Shown: one piece after another, positions 1 to 7,041 of the stretch
Layout of the letters: the number at the start of each line of letters is the position of its first letter
How positions within the stretch are numbered: position 1 is the stretch's first letter
Virus record (IMG/VR): IMGVR_UViG_3300045974_000152
Coordinates: 1-43,262 of that record
Direction: 5' to 3' (one strand)
Origin: a virus
Length of the DNA: 43,262 nt
Translations under genes and position numbers: made by a program
Notes under the pieces: model-generated
Seen by the model: only the letters and a program-made list of their open reading frames with translations
Database searches by the model: none
What the model was told of the DNA's origin: nothing

Positions 1-127
1 AACATAATCGCTGAAATTAATTTAAAATTCATGCAAACCCCTTTTCATTGTTATAATCAAACCATTCCTGTTTACAGCTAGCGCATAATCCGTCGAAACA
101 AGTTGCTTCGTCGCACATACCAGAACA
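1..127. repeat. Left copy of exact 127-bp terminal direct repeat (identical to 43136-43262)
   Basis: Read directly: aacataatcgctgaaatt...cgtcgcacataccagaaca is present at both contig ends. This fits an assembly overlap of a circular or permuted genome. Confidence 0.95.
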
Positions 128-247
128 GTACGGCTCAACCCAACCCGAGAGGTTTCGATTTAGCGGCTTTGTTTTTAAAATATAAAAGCCATCGTCTGGC
201 ATCTTTTGCGTGCTCGATGTATGAGTCAAGAGCTTTAATTCTTTCAT
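29..247 (-). CDS. Small Cys-rich protein (72 aa), function unknown
   Basis: Frame of track ORF 29..310. The internal ATG at 247 has GAGGAGG 6 nt upstream. The stop overlaps (ATGA, 29-32) the start of the junction-spanning lipoprotein gene. C-terminus is CSGMCDEATCFDGLCASC. Confidence 0.45.
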   Translation of the reverse strand: MKELKLLTHTSSTQKMPDDGFYILKTKPLNRNLSGWVEPYCSGMCDEATCFDGLCASCKQEWFDYNNEKGFA

Positions 248-365
248 TGATGTCCTCCTCAAAAGCTTTGTTAGGTGCGTTTTTAATAATCTGTAGTGCC
301 ATGATAGCATTATCTACAGACTTGGCTAACTTATAAATATATTTTTCCATCAAGTTAATACTCAT
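135..365 (-). CDS. Hypothetical helical protein (76 aa)
   Basis: ATG at 365 inside track ORF 135..371 (GTG). The sequence looks like amphipathic helix. Its last 113 nt overlap the next ORF out of frame, so one of the two boundaries is uncertain. Confidence 0.45.
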   Translation of the reverse strand: MSINLMEKYIYKLAKSVDNAIMALQIIKNAPNKAFEEDINERIKALDSYIEHAKDARRWLLYFKNKAAKSKPLGLG

Positions 366-412
366 TAGCACTTATAATACATCAAAAACCCAGGGGAGGT
401 CAACCCCTGGGG

Positions 413-592
413 TCAATGTAGAGTATTATTAAAACTTTGAGCCTCCATTACAGTGGCTAAAGCTTTTTCAATTGCATCACTCATCGAGCGAAGTGCAACT
501 TCCTGTTCTTGTAGATTATCTTCTTCGAGTGCTTTTTGAAATTCACGTGAGGACATTCCGAGAGCTTGGAAGGCAGTTAAGATGACAGACAT
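413..592 (-). CDS. Hypothetical protein (59 aa, just below the track cutoff)
   Basis: ATG at 592 is preceded by AAAGGAAC. Translation by hand gives MSVILTAFQALGMSSREFQKALEEDNLQEQEVALRSMSDAIEKALATVMEAQSFNNTLH. It fills the gap between minus-strand genes. Confidence 0.55.
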   Translation of the reverse strand: MSVILTAFQALGMSSREFQKALEEDNLQEQEVALRSMSDAIEKALATVMEAQSFNNTLH

Positions 593-612
593 ACAGTTCC
601 TTTTTGGTTCGT

Positions 613-1149
613 TTATTGTATATTTACTTGCATTAAAGCCCGAGCAGCTTCTATGCGATTCTCGGCTGGAATAGATGCGTTTTCTAAAATACTCTGGATA
701 AGACTATCTACACTTTCCAAAGCTTTAAACACCTCCTGTTTAACGTCTTTAATCGGCGTTTCTTTTTTCTTAGTAATAGTAGGCTCAGGAAGTTCCGGAA
801 TAGCTAAAGGGATATACTTGGCCCGTTGTGTGCGGGGTTGTAGATCCTTGACCTTTCCTAGAACAGCCTCACCGATACTAGAGAGCGTGGTCTTTATATC
901 GAATAAACCGATTACGCCGTTGTTCCGGCTGTAACGAATTTCTCCAAAACCACACTCAGCCAACACCTTTAATCCGTCAGCATATTGGTAGGACGAGTGT
1001 TTAAACCCGTTCTTATTCATCCGGTTATAGAACGACCTTAAGGTCACTTGACCCCTAGCTCGTTCACGTGTTCCGAAATCTAAAAACATGTCGTGAATTG
1101 CTTGCGATTTGTTAGCTGCTTGTTTCAGTACTTCGATTACTTTTTGCAT
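613..1149 (-). CDS. Hypothetical protein (178 aa)
   Basis: Long ORF with SD AAGGA 7 nt upstream of the ATG. No motif recognised. Confidence 0.7.
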   Translation of the reverse strand: MQKVIEVLKQAANKSQAIHDMFLDFGTRERARGQVTLRSFYNRMNKNGFKHSSYQYADGLKVLAECGFGEIRYSRNNGVIGLFDIKTTLSSIGEAVLGKVKDLQPRTQRAKYIPLAIPELPEPTITKKKETPIKDVKQEVFKALESVDSLIQSILENASIPAENRIEAARALMQVNIQ

Positions 1150-1206
1150 TTTGTTATCCTTTGCCAGTGAAGCTTAATTGCCTCTATAACCAAAGATTAC
1201 GCTATG

Positions 1207-1224
1207 CGTCCTTTTAGTACCACC
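1207..1224 (-). promoter_or_regulatory. Degenerate minus-strand copy of the GTGGTAC motif
   Basis: The reverse complement reads GGTGGTACTAAAAGGACG, 58-75 nt upstream of the ATG at 1149. It shares GTGGTAC + A/T run + GAC with the copies at 4582, 7042 and 17221. Confidence 0.25.
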
Positions 1225-1237
1225 CATCATTCACTAA

Positions 1238-2239
1238 CTACAGGTTTAATAATTCAACCCACTCACGCATAATACGTTGCATTCTAAAGTGAGGTGTGCC
1301 GCGTACCTTAGGGCGACCAAGACGCACCCACTGAATCATTCTGTCGATGACCGCTTTTTCATCGTTTACGTCGATGAGTTCCGCCGGGTGATCCGCACAT
1401 TCCGGTGTAGCCCCAAGCTTAGAAGATAAAAACGGGGTACCAACCGCATTAGCTTCAGCGTTTGCGATGCCCATTGTCTCGGGGAATACGCTATTAAGAT
1501 GAAGCGCAGCGAACGAGCTACGTAATTCTTTGATAAGATTAGGGTGCGGTAATGGGCCGAGATTGACCACGCTATCGATTCCATCAAGCTCGTAGTCTTT
1601 GAAGTAACCCGGATTTGCGACATAAAGTTTCATACCTTTCAACTCATCAAAGTTTTTAAATTGTTTAAATACTTTTAAAGTGTGCTCGAGTCCTTTGTGT
1701 GGCGAACTAAAAAATAGAAGCTTGTTCGGATCCACTTTCATATTGTCCGGACGCAGGTCCTCATCGATCGGGTTATAGATACGACGACACGGAATTGAAC
1801 CCTCAAATTTAAGGGATCTCATGACGTCATACATTTGCGTTTTGTGGAAGTCTGATACCACAATTGGTATCGTCTGGGTGTCCACCATAGCCTGGAATCC
1901 CTTGAACCACGCTTCCCCGCCAAAAAGATCATGGCAATGGAGATAGAGCTTTGCGTTCGGATATTGTTTCCGAGCGGTGTACAAAACGAGAGGCGCACGT
2001 TGCACGATAACGTGCGTCGCTTTGAAATCCTCATTCTTTCCGAATGGGGTATATTCTACGCCTTGCTTTGTCACGGAGTCCGTTCGGTTATGCTGCGTTA
2101 CTCGGACGTTGTGGCCTTTGGCAGCGAATGCGTTAGCCAGCCGCACGACCGTTGCCTCGCTACCCCCTAACGGTTCTGCGATTAAGGTATAGTTATCGTA
2201 AGGCTTTGACCCGACCGGATCGACGATTAAAATCTTCAT
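1238..2239 (-). CDS. GT-B fold glycosyltransferase (GT4 / group 1-like)
   Basis: 333 aa. N-terminal PLGGSEATVVRLA motif and E-x7-E motif (FPETMGIANAEANAVGTP). ATGA overlap with the upstream Rrf2 gene. Confidence 0.7.
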   Translation of the reverse strand: MKILIVDPVGSKPYDNYTLIAEPLGGSEATVVRLANAFAAKGHNVRVTQHNRTDSVTKQGVEYTPFGKNEDFKATHVIVQRAPLVLYTARKQYPNAKLYLHCHDLFGGEAWFKGFQAMVDTQTIPIVVSDFHKTQMYDVMRSLKFEGSIPCRRIYNPIDEDLRPDNMKVDPNKLLFFSSPHKGLEHTLKVFKQFKNFDELKGMKLYVANPGYFKDYELDGIDSVVNLGPLPHPNLIKELRSSFAALHLNSVFPETMGIANAEANAVGTPFLSSKLGATPECADHPAELIDVNDEKAVIDRMIQWVRLGRPKVRGTPHFRMQRIMREWVELLNL

Positions 2240-2586
2240 TGTAAAAACTCCCCCACACTGACATTCAGTGTGTCATATAATGCGTTATTTAGTCTGTCAG
2301 AAGCACGGGCATTGCCCATCTCTTTAACAGGATGACCAAGAGCAGCGAATACGTCAAGCATTCGGTATTGCACGAGATCAGTATAGTTCATACTAAACCC
2401 ACCGCCCGGCCCACGCTTGACTCGCACAATTCCCGATTTCGCGAGATTCATAAGAATGCGCTGCAAGAATGATTCGGGGGCACCGATCGCATTGGCTAGT
2501 TCTGCGGCAGTAGTTAACCGATCCGCATAAGATAGCCGCTCGATAGCGTTAACCGCGTAAAGCACTTCTTTATTGAATTGATTCAT
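2236..2586 (-). CDS. Rrf2-family winged-helix transcriptional regulator (no Cys ligands)
   Basis: 116 aa. Rrf2-type signature LAKSGIVRVKRGPGGGFSM. The protein has no cysteine. ATGA overlaps on both sides. Confidence 0.7.
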   Translation of the reverse strand: MNQFNKEVLYAVNAIERLSYADRLTTAAELANAIGAPESFLQRILMNLAKSGIVRVKRGPGGGFSMNYTDLVQYRMLDVFAALGHPVKEMGNARASDRLNNALYDTLNVSVGEFLQ

Positions 2587-2729
2587 TCCGCCGTCCCATA
2601 CATTCTAATCCATAAACGCAAAGCCATGGCATTTGTTTGATAAACCTCCGCCACGTCGTCCCATTCTTCATAATCCTGCGCTAATTTAGTGAGATTGGAC
2701 ATCTCGTTCAAAAATAAATCTAGATTCAT
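2583..2729 (-). CDS. Small acidic protein (48 aa)
   Basis: Track ORF 2583..2789 trimmed to the ATG at 2729, which forms an ATGA overlap with the stop of the upstream gene. MNLDLFLNEMSNLTKLAQDYEEWDD... Confidence 0.5.
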   Translation of the reverse strand: MNLDLFLNEMSNLTKLAQDYEEWDDVAEVYQTNAMALRLWIRMYGTAE

Positions 2730-2947
2730 TGCGTCCCCCGAATAAAAGCAACCAGTTTCTCTGTAGGTATAGTCATCTGAACAATACATTGCGCAAGTGT
2801 GTCCGAGGTAATGTCATAATTCGTGACATTATCGGTTACCGTGACGGGTATACCCTGCTTTATGAATTGGGTGATGTCGTAGATAGTCACATAACCCTTA
2901 TCGGTTTTATTGTATAGCTTTCGATTCTTATATTTAACAATGTTCAT
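2726..2947 (-). CDS. Stand-alone PhaR N-terminal-like DNA-binding domain protein
   Basis: 73 aa. IVKYKNRKLYNKTDKGYVTIYDITQFIKQGIPVTVTDNVTNYDITSDTLAQCIV follows the PHA regulator PhaR N-domain pattern (KKYxNRRLYDTxxSxYVTLxDIxxLIxxGxxVxVxDxxTGxDLTxxxLxQII). SD AAGGA is present. Confidence 0.6.
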   Translation of the reverse strand: MNIVKYKNRKLYNKTDKGYVTIYDITQFIKQGIPVTVTDNVTNYDITSDTLAQCIVQMTIPTEKLVAFIRGTQ

Positions 2948-3012
2948 TTTACTTTTCCTTATGTTATTAAATTCAGTTCAGCATCCCCATTTTAGCCACT
3001 ACTAAATCAGCT

Positions 3013-3201
3013 TTACGGCTCCTCATCTTCGTTGATATCTACCATGTCCACACTATCACACTCCGGGCACCCGTCACATTCGCATTCCGACTGATACGCG
3101 TACGCCATATCATCGGCCCACTCGCAAACATTGCAGTAAGTCCGCCACCGCCCGCGCTTTTCTTCGGGTTCAAAATAAAATAAAGGGTATAAATTGCTCA
3201 T
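3013..3201 (-). CDS. Small Cys-rich acidic protein (62 aa)
   Basis: Track ORF trimmed to the ATG at 3201, with AAGGA 8 nt upstream. CNVCEW...CECDGCPEC suggests a zinc-binding fold. Confidence 0.6.
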   Translation of the reverse strand: MSNLYPLFYFEPEEKRGRWRTYCNVCEWADDMAYAYQSECECDGCPECDSVDMVDINEDEEP

Positions 3202-3271
3202 TCCAAAGATCCTTTCGTCAAGTAATAATGTAAATATAACACGACGCAGAAAGTAAGCAACCAAAAACTAA

Positions 3272-3451
3272 TCATGCGGCCTCCAATGTTTCGGCGTCGG
3301 AATCACACACCAAAGCTGTGTCGTACACGGCCCAGTTGGCGTTATAGAACCGAGCTAGTATAGCGGTGTGGTCGTTGTCAGCAACCAAGACCCACTCACC
3401 GAGCGGCGAGAACGTTTCAAGATCTTTGATAGTATAGGCTGGGATGTACAT
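3272..3451 (-). CDS. Hypothetical protein (59 aa, below track cutoff)
   Basis: Hand translation gives MYIPAYTIKDLETFSPLGEWVLVADNDHTAILARFYNANWAVYDTALVCDSDAETLEAA. The start shares one base with the upstream stop (TAATG). Confidence 0.55.
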   Translation of the reverse strand: MYIPAYTIKDLETFSPLGEWVLVADNDHTAILARFYNANWAVYDTALVCDSDAETLEAA

Positions 3452-3663
3452 TATTTCACCAACCGTAATGGAAGTGGTTGAAGAGGCTCACTACGTACTA
3501 CGGTCTTAGCCTTGCGGCGTTCGTAGCTGTTTAAGTCCCGCATAACAGTGCTAGCATCTTCTAAACTTCTCCACATAGAGTGTGTCACGTTTGTTGTAGT
3601 GTTTACGATATGGTAAGCGTTAGGTTCAGTTCCTTTGATAACTTTAACTTTATAGTAAATCAT
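3451..3663 (-). CDS. Hypothetical protein (70 aa)
   Basis: Track ORF with GGGAG upstream of the ATG at 3663. Confidence 0.65.
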   Translation of the reverse strand: MIYYKVKVIKGTEPNAYHIVNTTTNVTHSMWRSLEDASTVMRDLNSYERRKAKTVVRSEPLQPLPLRLVK

Positions 3664-3668
3664 ATTGT

Positions 3669-3755
3669 TTACTCCCGAATGCTGATGATAAAATGAACTA
3701 CTACTAAGCCAGTTGAGAAGTACAAGAAAGACGTTGAAACGATTTCGTTAATCAT
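3669..3755 (-). CDS. Hydrophobic micro-ORF (28 aa) MINEIVSTSFLYFSTGLVVVHFIISIRE
   Basis: ATG at 3755 with AAAGGAAC 7 nt upstream. The 18-nt leader is identical to that of the micro-ORF at 3814. Confidence 0.45.
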   Translation of the reverse strand: MINEIVSTSFLYFSTGLVVVHFIISIRE

Positions 3756-3766
3756 ATTAAGTTCCT

Positions 3767-3814
3767 TTAGTTGAAGATGATGTAAACTAAGATGAAGATT
3801 GCGATGGTCATCAT
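3767..3814 (-). CDS. Hydrophobic micro-ORF (15 aa) MMTIAIFILVYIIFN
   Basis: ATG at 3814 with the same AAAGGAACTTAATATGAT leader. The stop lies inside the SD of the next micro-ORF. Confidence 0.4.
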   Translation of the reverse strand: MMTIAIFILVYIIFN

Positions 3815-4264
3815 ATTAAGTTCCTTTGTTACGTTCTGCTTACGTACCTATCTATTGCAGACGACATGCCACGTTGCGTAGTGTTGTAATCACTAAAGAA
3901 TCGCCCATCTTATGACATTAATTGTCGACGAACTATTAGGCAGCTAACATTATATGACACAATTTAGTGACAATAAACGTTACATTGCTTCGTGCACTAT
4001 ATAGAGCAGTTACTCTACTCATGGCTTGACGTTCAGAGCGTAGCGATAGGACTAACAAGCGTTAGTCATAGAGCGTTAGGAGATGAGAGAACGTATTGAA
4101 TACACATGCGTATGTTGTGCGTAAGTGATGAGGATGAGGAGTGTGTGAGAGATAGCGATTCGCGTGCCAACATCCCAGCTATCTACCAAACAGATCACAT
4201 GCATGGGGCATGCCAGGACATTGTACATGGCGTAGGGGTGTACCCCCTCCCCACCCACGCGAAA

Positions 4265-4293
4265 TTGAGAGTGGCATGATGTTTGTATACTAT
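4265..4293 (+). promoter_or_regulatory. Weak sigma70-like promoter candidate (TTGAGA-17-TACTAT)
   Basis: Hexamers and spacer read directly. A TATAAT also lies at 4300-4305. Confidence 0.25.
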
Positions 4294-4406
4294 CCCCTAT
4301 ATAATTTTTACTATTTTTAAACGTTCTCCCACCACGTTTAGTAGTGCGTTACGTAGGGTAGGTGCGCACAGTGCGTATAAAGCTCGTATAAGTCAATTGT
4401 GTGCGT

Positions 4407-4505
4407 CTAATGATGTACCCTGAGCGATGGTACGGGTACTATTCGCACCTCATCGTGAGGGGTACATTTTTTTGAACTTCGTACATTCGCCTTCCCAAGG
4501 CTCAT
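4407..4505 (-). CDS. Candidate micro-ORF A (32 aa) MSLGKANVRSSKKCTPHDEVRIVPVPSLRVHH
   Basis: Paralogue of micro-ORF B. They share MS..ANV[RH]S and IVPVPS, and every nucleotide difference in the IVPVPS codons is synonymous. No SD is present. Confidence 0.3.
   Translation of the reverse strand: MSLGKANVRSSKKCTPHDEVRIVPVPSLRVHH
4413..4473 (+). terminator. Terminator-like hairpin plus T7 run on the + strand
   Basis: atgtaccc (4413-4420) pairs with gggtacat (4460-4467) and is followed by T through 4473. It is antisense to micro-ORF A, so the two readings compete. Confidence 0.3.
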
Positions 4506-4581
4506 TATGCGTTTTTTGAATAATAAACTAAATCTTTATTCACCGTTTGGATTTACCTTAGTAAACAAAAACTTAACCCTC

Positions 4582-4605
4582 TTAGTGGTACAAAATGACA
4601 GTATT
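4582..4605 (+). promoter_or_regulatory. Degenerate copy (19/24) of the conserved GTGGTAC motif
   Basis: ttagtggtacaaaatgacagtatt compared with atagtggtacaatttaacagtata. Confidence 0.35.
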
Positions 4606-4689
4606 AGATTGTTTAGTGAACGACGTAGGGAGCAAGTGCGACCTACTAGACACGGTGTAGCTGACCTTCGCTATCCCAAGGGGCTACGG

Positions 4690-4773
4690 TCAGCATGTAT
4701 AGTGTGAGGGAACGGGAACGATGAGTAATGCCCGAACAGTACTGTGTACATTCGCTTCCCCTTGGAAGCTCAT
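4690..4773 (-). CDS. Candidate micro-ORF B (27 aa) MSFQGEANVHSTVRALLIVPVPSHYTC
   Basis: ATG at 4773 with AGGAAA 4-5 nt upstream. Paralogue of micro-ORF A. Confidence 0.35.
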   Translation of the reverse strand: MSFQGEANVHSTVRALLIVPVPSHYTC

Positions 4774-4931
4774 GGTCTTTCCTAAACAATGAGGTACTGT
4801 CTTCGATTTAGATAGTTAATATAATGTTAATTGCCCCCACCCAGTTCACTGGACTTCCGGGGGTCGTTCGGGCAGACGATACTGTCAAGCGGGGGGACTA
4901 AAAATCCCCCTGCGGTACTTATGAGGTTGCT

Positions 4932-5141
4932 GTGGCTACAAAGAAGTTGCGTGGTAAAGGTACTATCAATATCGACGATCAGATCATCCGCTGGAGACAG
5001 AAGCTCGAGAAGGAGTCTATCGTACTTGGTAAGCATACCGCTAAGGACAAAGGACGTAGTAAGCGTCAACGCGCCGGACAAAAAAAGGACGCTCTCGTAG
5101 CCAAAGGTAAGTTCAACTTCTTCGGTGGAGACGACGAATGA
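4932..5141 (+). CDS. Small basic protein (69 aa); possible DNA-binding or small-terminase-like role
   Basis: GTG start with GAGG 6 nt upstream. Lys/Arg-rich. ATGA-coupled to the HNH gene just upstream of terL. Confidence 0.55.
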   Translation: MATKKLRGKGTINIDDQIIRWRQKLEKESIVLGKHTAKDKGRSKRQRAGQKKDALVAKGKFNFFGGDDE

Positions 5142-5602
5142 TTTGTGTTGTTTGTGGTAAAACGGAAGAAAAACACCAATGGTATTCCGGTCCCACTTGT
5201 TCAACCTGCTATGTCCGTAAAAACAGTAAACGCGCTAGGGAACTAGCAATCACCCGAGCCGGGGGTTTAGAAGCTTTTAGGGCAAAGGCTAGAGAACGCC
5301 GCAAAGCTAATCCAGAGGCGTATAAAAACTACTTTAAAAATTGGTATAAACGAGACGGGAACAAAGATAAGGTTTTAGCCAACACTTCCGCTCGTTGCAG
5401 GGGTTTAAAACAACGGACTCCTAAATGGCTGTCCGAGTCTCAAAAGCAAGAACTCGTAGACATCTACACCTTTCGTCATCCAGACTACCATGTTGATCAT
5501 ATTATACCCCTACAAGGTAAAGATGTGTGTGGGCTCCATGTCCCATGGAATCTTCAATACCTACGTATAGAAGACAACCTTAAAAAGGGTAATAAGGTAT
5601 AA
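5138..5602 (+). CDS. HNH endonuclease (packaging-associated)
   Basis: 154 aa. N-terminal CxxC...CxxC. HNH core HVDHIIPLQGKDVCGLHVPWNLQYLRIEDNLKKGNK. Directly upstream of terL. Confidence 0.8.
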   Translation: MICVVCGKTEEKHQWYSGPTCSTCYVRKNSKRARELAITRAGGLEAFRAKARERRKANPEAYKNYFKNWYKRDGNKDKVLANTSARCRGLKQRTPKWLSESQKQELVDIYTFRHPDYHVDHIIPLQGKDVCGLHVPWNLQYLRIEDNLKKGNKV

Positions 5603-7020
5603 TGAGTACAATTGATTTAAGCAAGCTCTTTCCAGAAGCGGCAGATGGAACGCACAAACCGCTTCCCCGCCAATCGGAGTTCTTAAAGAACGTCCTAGAC
5701 CCTAATGGTCCACAATTCGTGGCTTACTACGGCGGGTTTGGATCGGGGAAGTCCGTGGTCTTATGTGCCGCTGTTTTAACGCAGGCGGTCTTATACGGTG
5801 GTGATTGGTTAATCAGCCGTATGTACATGCCGGAATTACGCCGTACCACTATGAAGGCGTTTTTAGACATGTGCCCAAAAGAACTCATTTTAGAGGTTCG
5901 GGTAGCAGATGCGGAGATTCATTTAAAATCCGCTAATGGTAAGGCTGTAGTTTACTTCATCGGGCTAGACACCCCCGAAAAAATTGACTCCATGAACTTA
6001 TCTGGTTTTGCCATAGATGAAGCTTCGCAAACAACCGAAGAAGCTTTTCTAAAGCTACAAGGTCGTCTCCGTAATAAAAAGGGTTTGCGTAAAGGATTAG
6101 TGGTCGGAAACCCCAAGGGTAGGGATTTCATATACCGGTTTTTTGTGTCTAAGATCGCGGTTCAACCGAACATGCGCAACAAGTACAAAATGATTGTTGC
6201 CCCCTCCACTGAAAACGTACACCTTCCCGAAGGTTACGTTGAAAACCTGCTCGGTTCGTACTCTAAAGAGCGTATCCAGCGTGACATCATGGGTTCGTTT
6301 GACTCCTTCGAGGGTATGATTTACAGCGAGTTTGACCGTAACATCCACGTTGTGGCACCTTACGAGATTCCCAAAGAGTGGACCCGTATTATTGGGCTTG
6401 ACCATGGCTTCAGTAACGCCACTGCCGCTATGTTTGGTGCCGTGGATCACGACGGCAACATCGTCATTTACAAGGAATTCTATCAATCCGAGTGGATTAT
6501 TAAAGACATTGTACAAAAAGGTCTTACCCCCCTCATAGGGGCTGACCGAATCGATGGTATTTACATAGATCCTAGTACTAGAGCCAAAAAAGGCCAATTA
6601 GGGCTCAGTGATTATAGTGCTTATTTAGAATACTTGTCACAAAAAATACCACTTATTTGTGCCAACAACGAAGTTTCTACCGGGATTGACCGAGTTAAGA
6701 CTTTCATGCGCCTACACCCCAAGTCTAAAAAACCACGACTGACAATTTTTGACACATGTATCAACCTTCTCGATGAAATCGGTGAGTATCGTTGGCAGGA
6801 GTTGTCCGCGAACCAGCAAGGCACTAAGAACGCACATGAAGCTCCGCGTAAATACCACGATCACGCGGTCGATGCTCTTCGTTATCTGGTAATGTCTCGC
6901 CCAGACCCATCAAAACTCGAGAAAAAAGACAAATCGTTCTGGACTATGGAGTCTTCCATTCAAAAAGAGCTGGAAAGTATCCGTAAGCCAAAGGAAAAAG
7001 ACCCATTTCAAGATTATTAG
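5602..7020 (+). CDS. terL: Terminase large subunit
   Basis: 472 aa. Walker A YYGGFGSGKSVV, Walker B-like FAIDEASQ. C-terminal nuclease-like acidic motifs (IIGLDHG, HDHAVDALRY). Confidence 0.85.
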   Translation: MSTIDLSKLFPEAADGTHKPLPRQSEFLKNVLDPNGPQFVAYYGGFGSGKSVVLCAAVLTQAVLYGGDWLISRMYMPELRRTTMKAFLDMCPKELILEVRVADAEIHLKSANGKAVVYFIGLDTPEKIDSMNLSGFAIDEASQTTEEAFLKLQGRLRNKKGLRKGLVVGNPKGRDFIYRFFVSKIAVQPNMRNKYKMIVAPSTENVHLPEGYVENLLGSYSKERIQRDIMGSFDSFEGMIYSEFDRNIHVVAPYEIPKEWTRIIGLDHGFSNATAAMFGAVDHDGNIVIYKEFYQSEWIIKDIVQKGLTPLIGADRIDGIYIDPSTRAKKGQLGLSDYSAYLEYLSQKIPLICANNEVSTGIDRVKTFMRLHPKSKKPRLTIFDTCINLLDEIGEYRWQELSANQQGTKNAHEAPRKYHDHAVDALRYLVMSRPDPSKLEKKDKSFWTMESSIQKELESIRKPKEKDPFQDY

Positions 7021-7041
7021 TGTTATTCTACGTACTTACAC

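Noticed and set aside
3751-3827. 18-bp direct repeats 59 bp apart as a mini-CRISPR array
   Set aside because: The repeats are only 18 bp with no flanking extension. Each supplies an SD plus start codon for a micro-ORF, which explains them better.
4076-4258. 60-aa minus-strand ORF in the ORF-poor region
   Set aside because: It has a GTG start with no SD at usable distance, and His/Ile/Leu-rich sequence with no support. It is possible but not reportable.
4507-4707. 66-aa + strand ORF in the ORF-poor region
   Set aside because: It has an AAGG-like SD, but the AT-rich Asn/Leu/Lys composition followed by an Arg-rich tail looks non-coding. It also runs through the degenerate motif copy and hairpins. 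Left as unresolved.
3664-4931. tRNA, tmRNA or retron-like ncRNA in the ORF-poor region
   Set aside because: I could not fold a cloverleaf with a T-loop (GTTCRANYC) by eye, and no reverse transcriptase gene exists in the genome. This needs a covariance-model scan to exclude properly.
4827-5204. 125-aa minus-strand ORF
   Set aside because: It is antisense to the coupled small-basic-protein and HNH genes and crosses the G/C hairpins.
6097-6597. 166-aa minus-strand ORF inside terL
   Set aside because: It is antisense to a gene with clear terminase motifs. It has no SD and no recognisable motif, which is typical of a shadow ORF.
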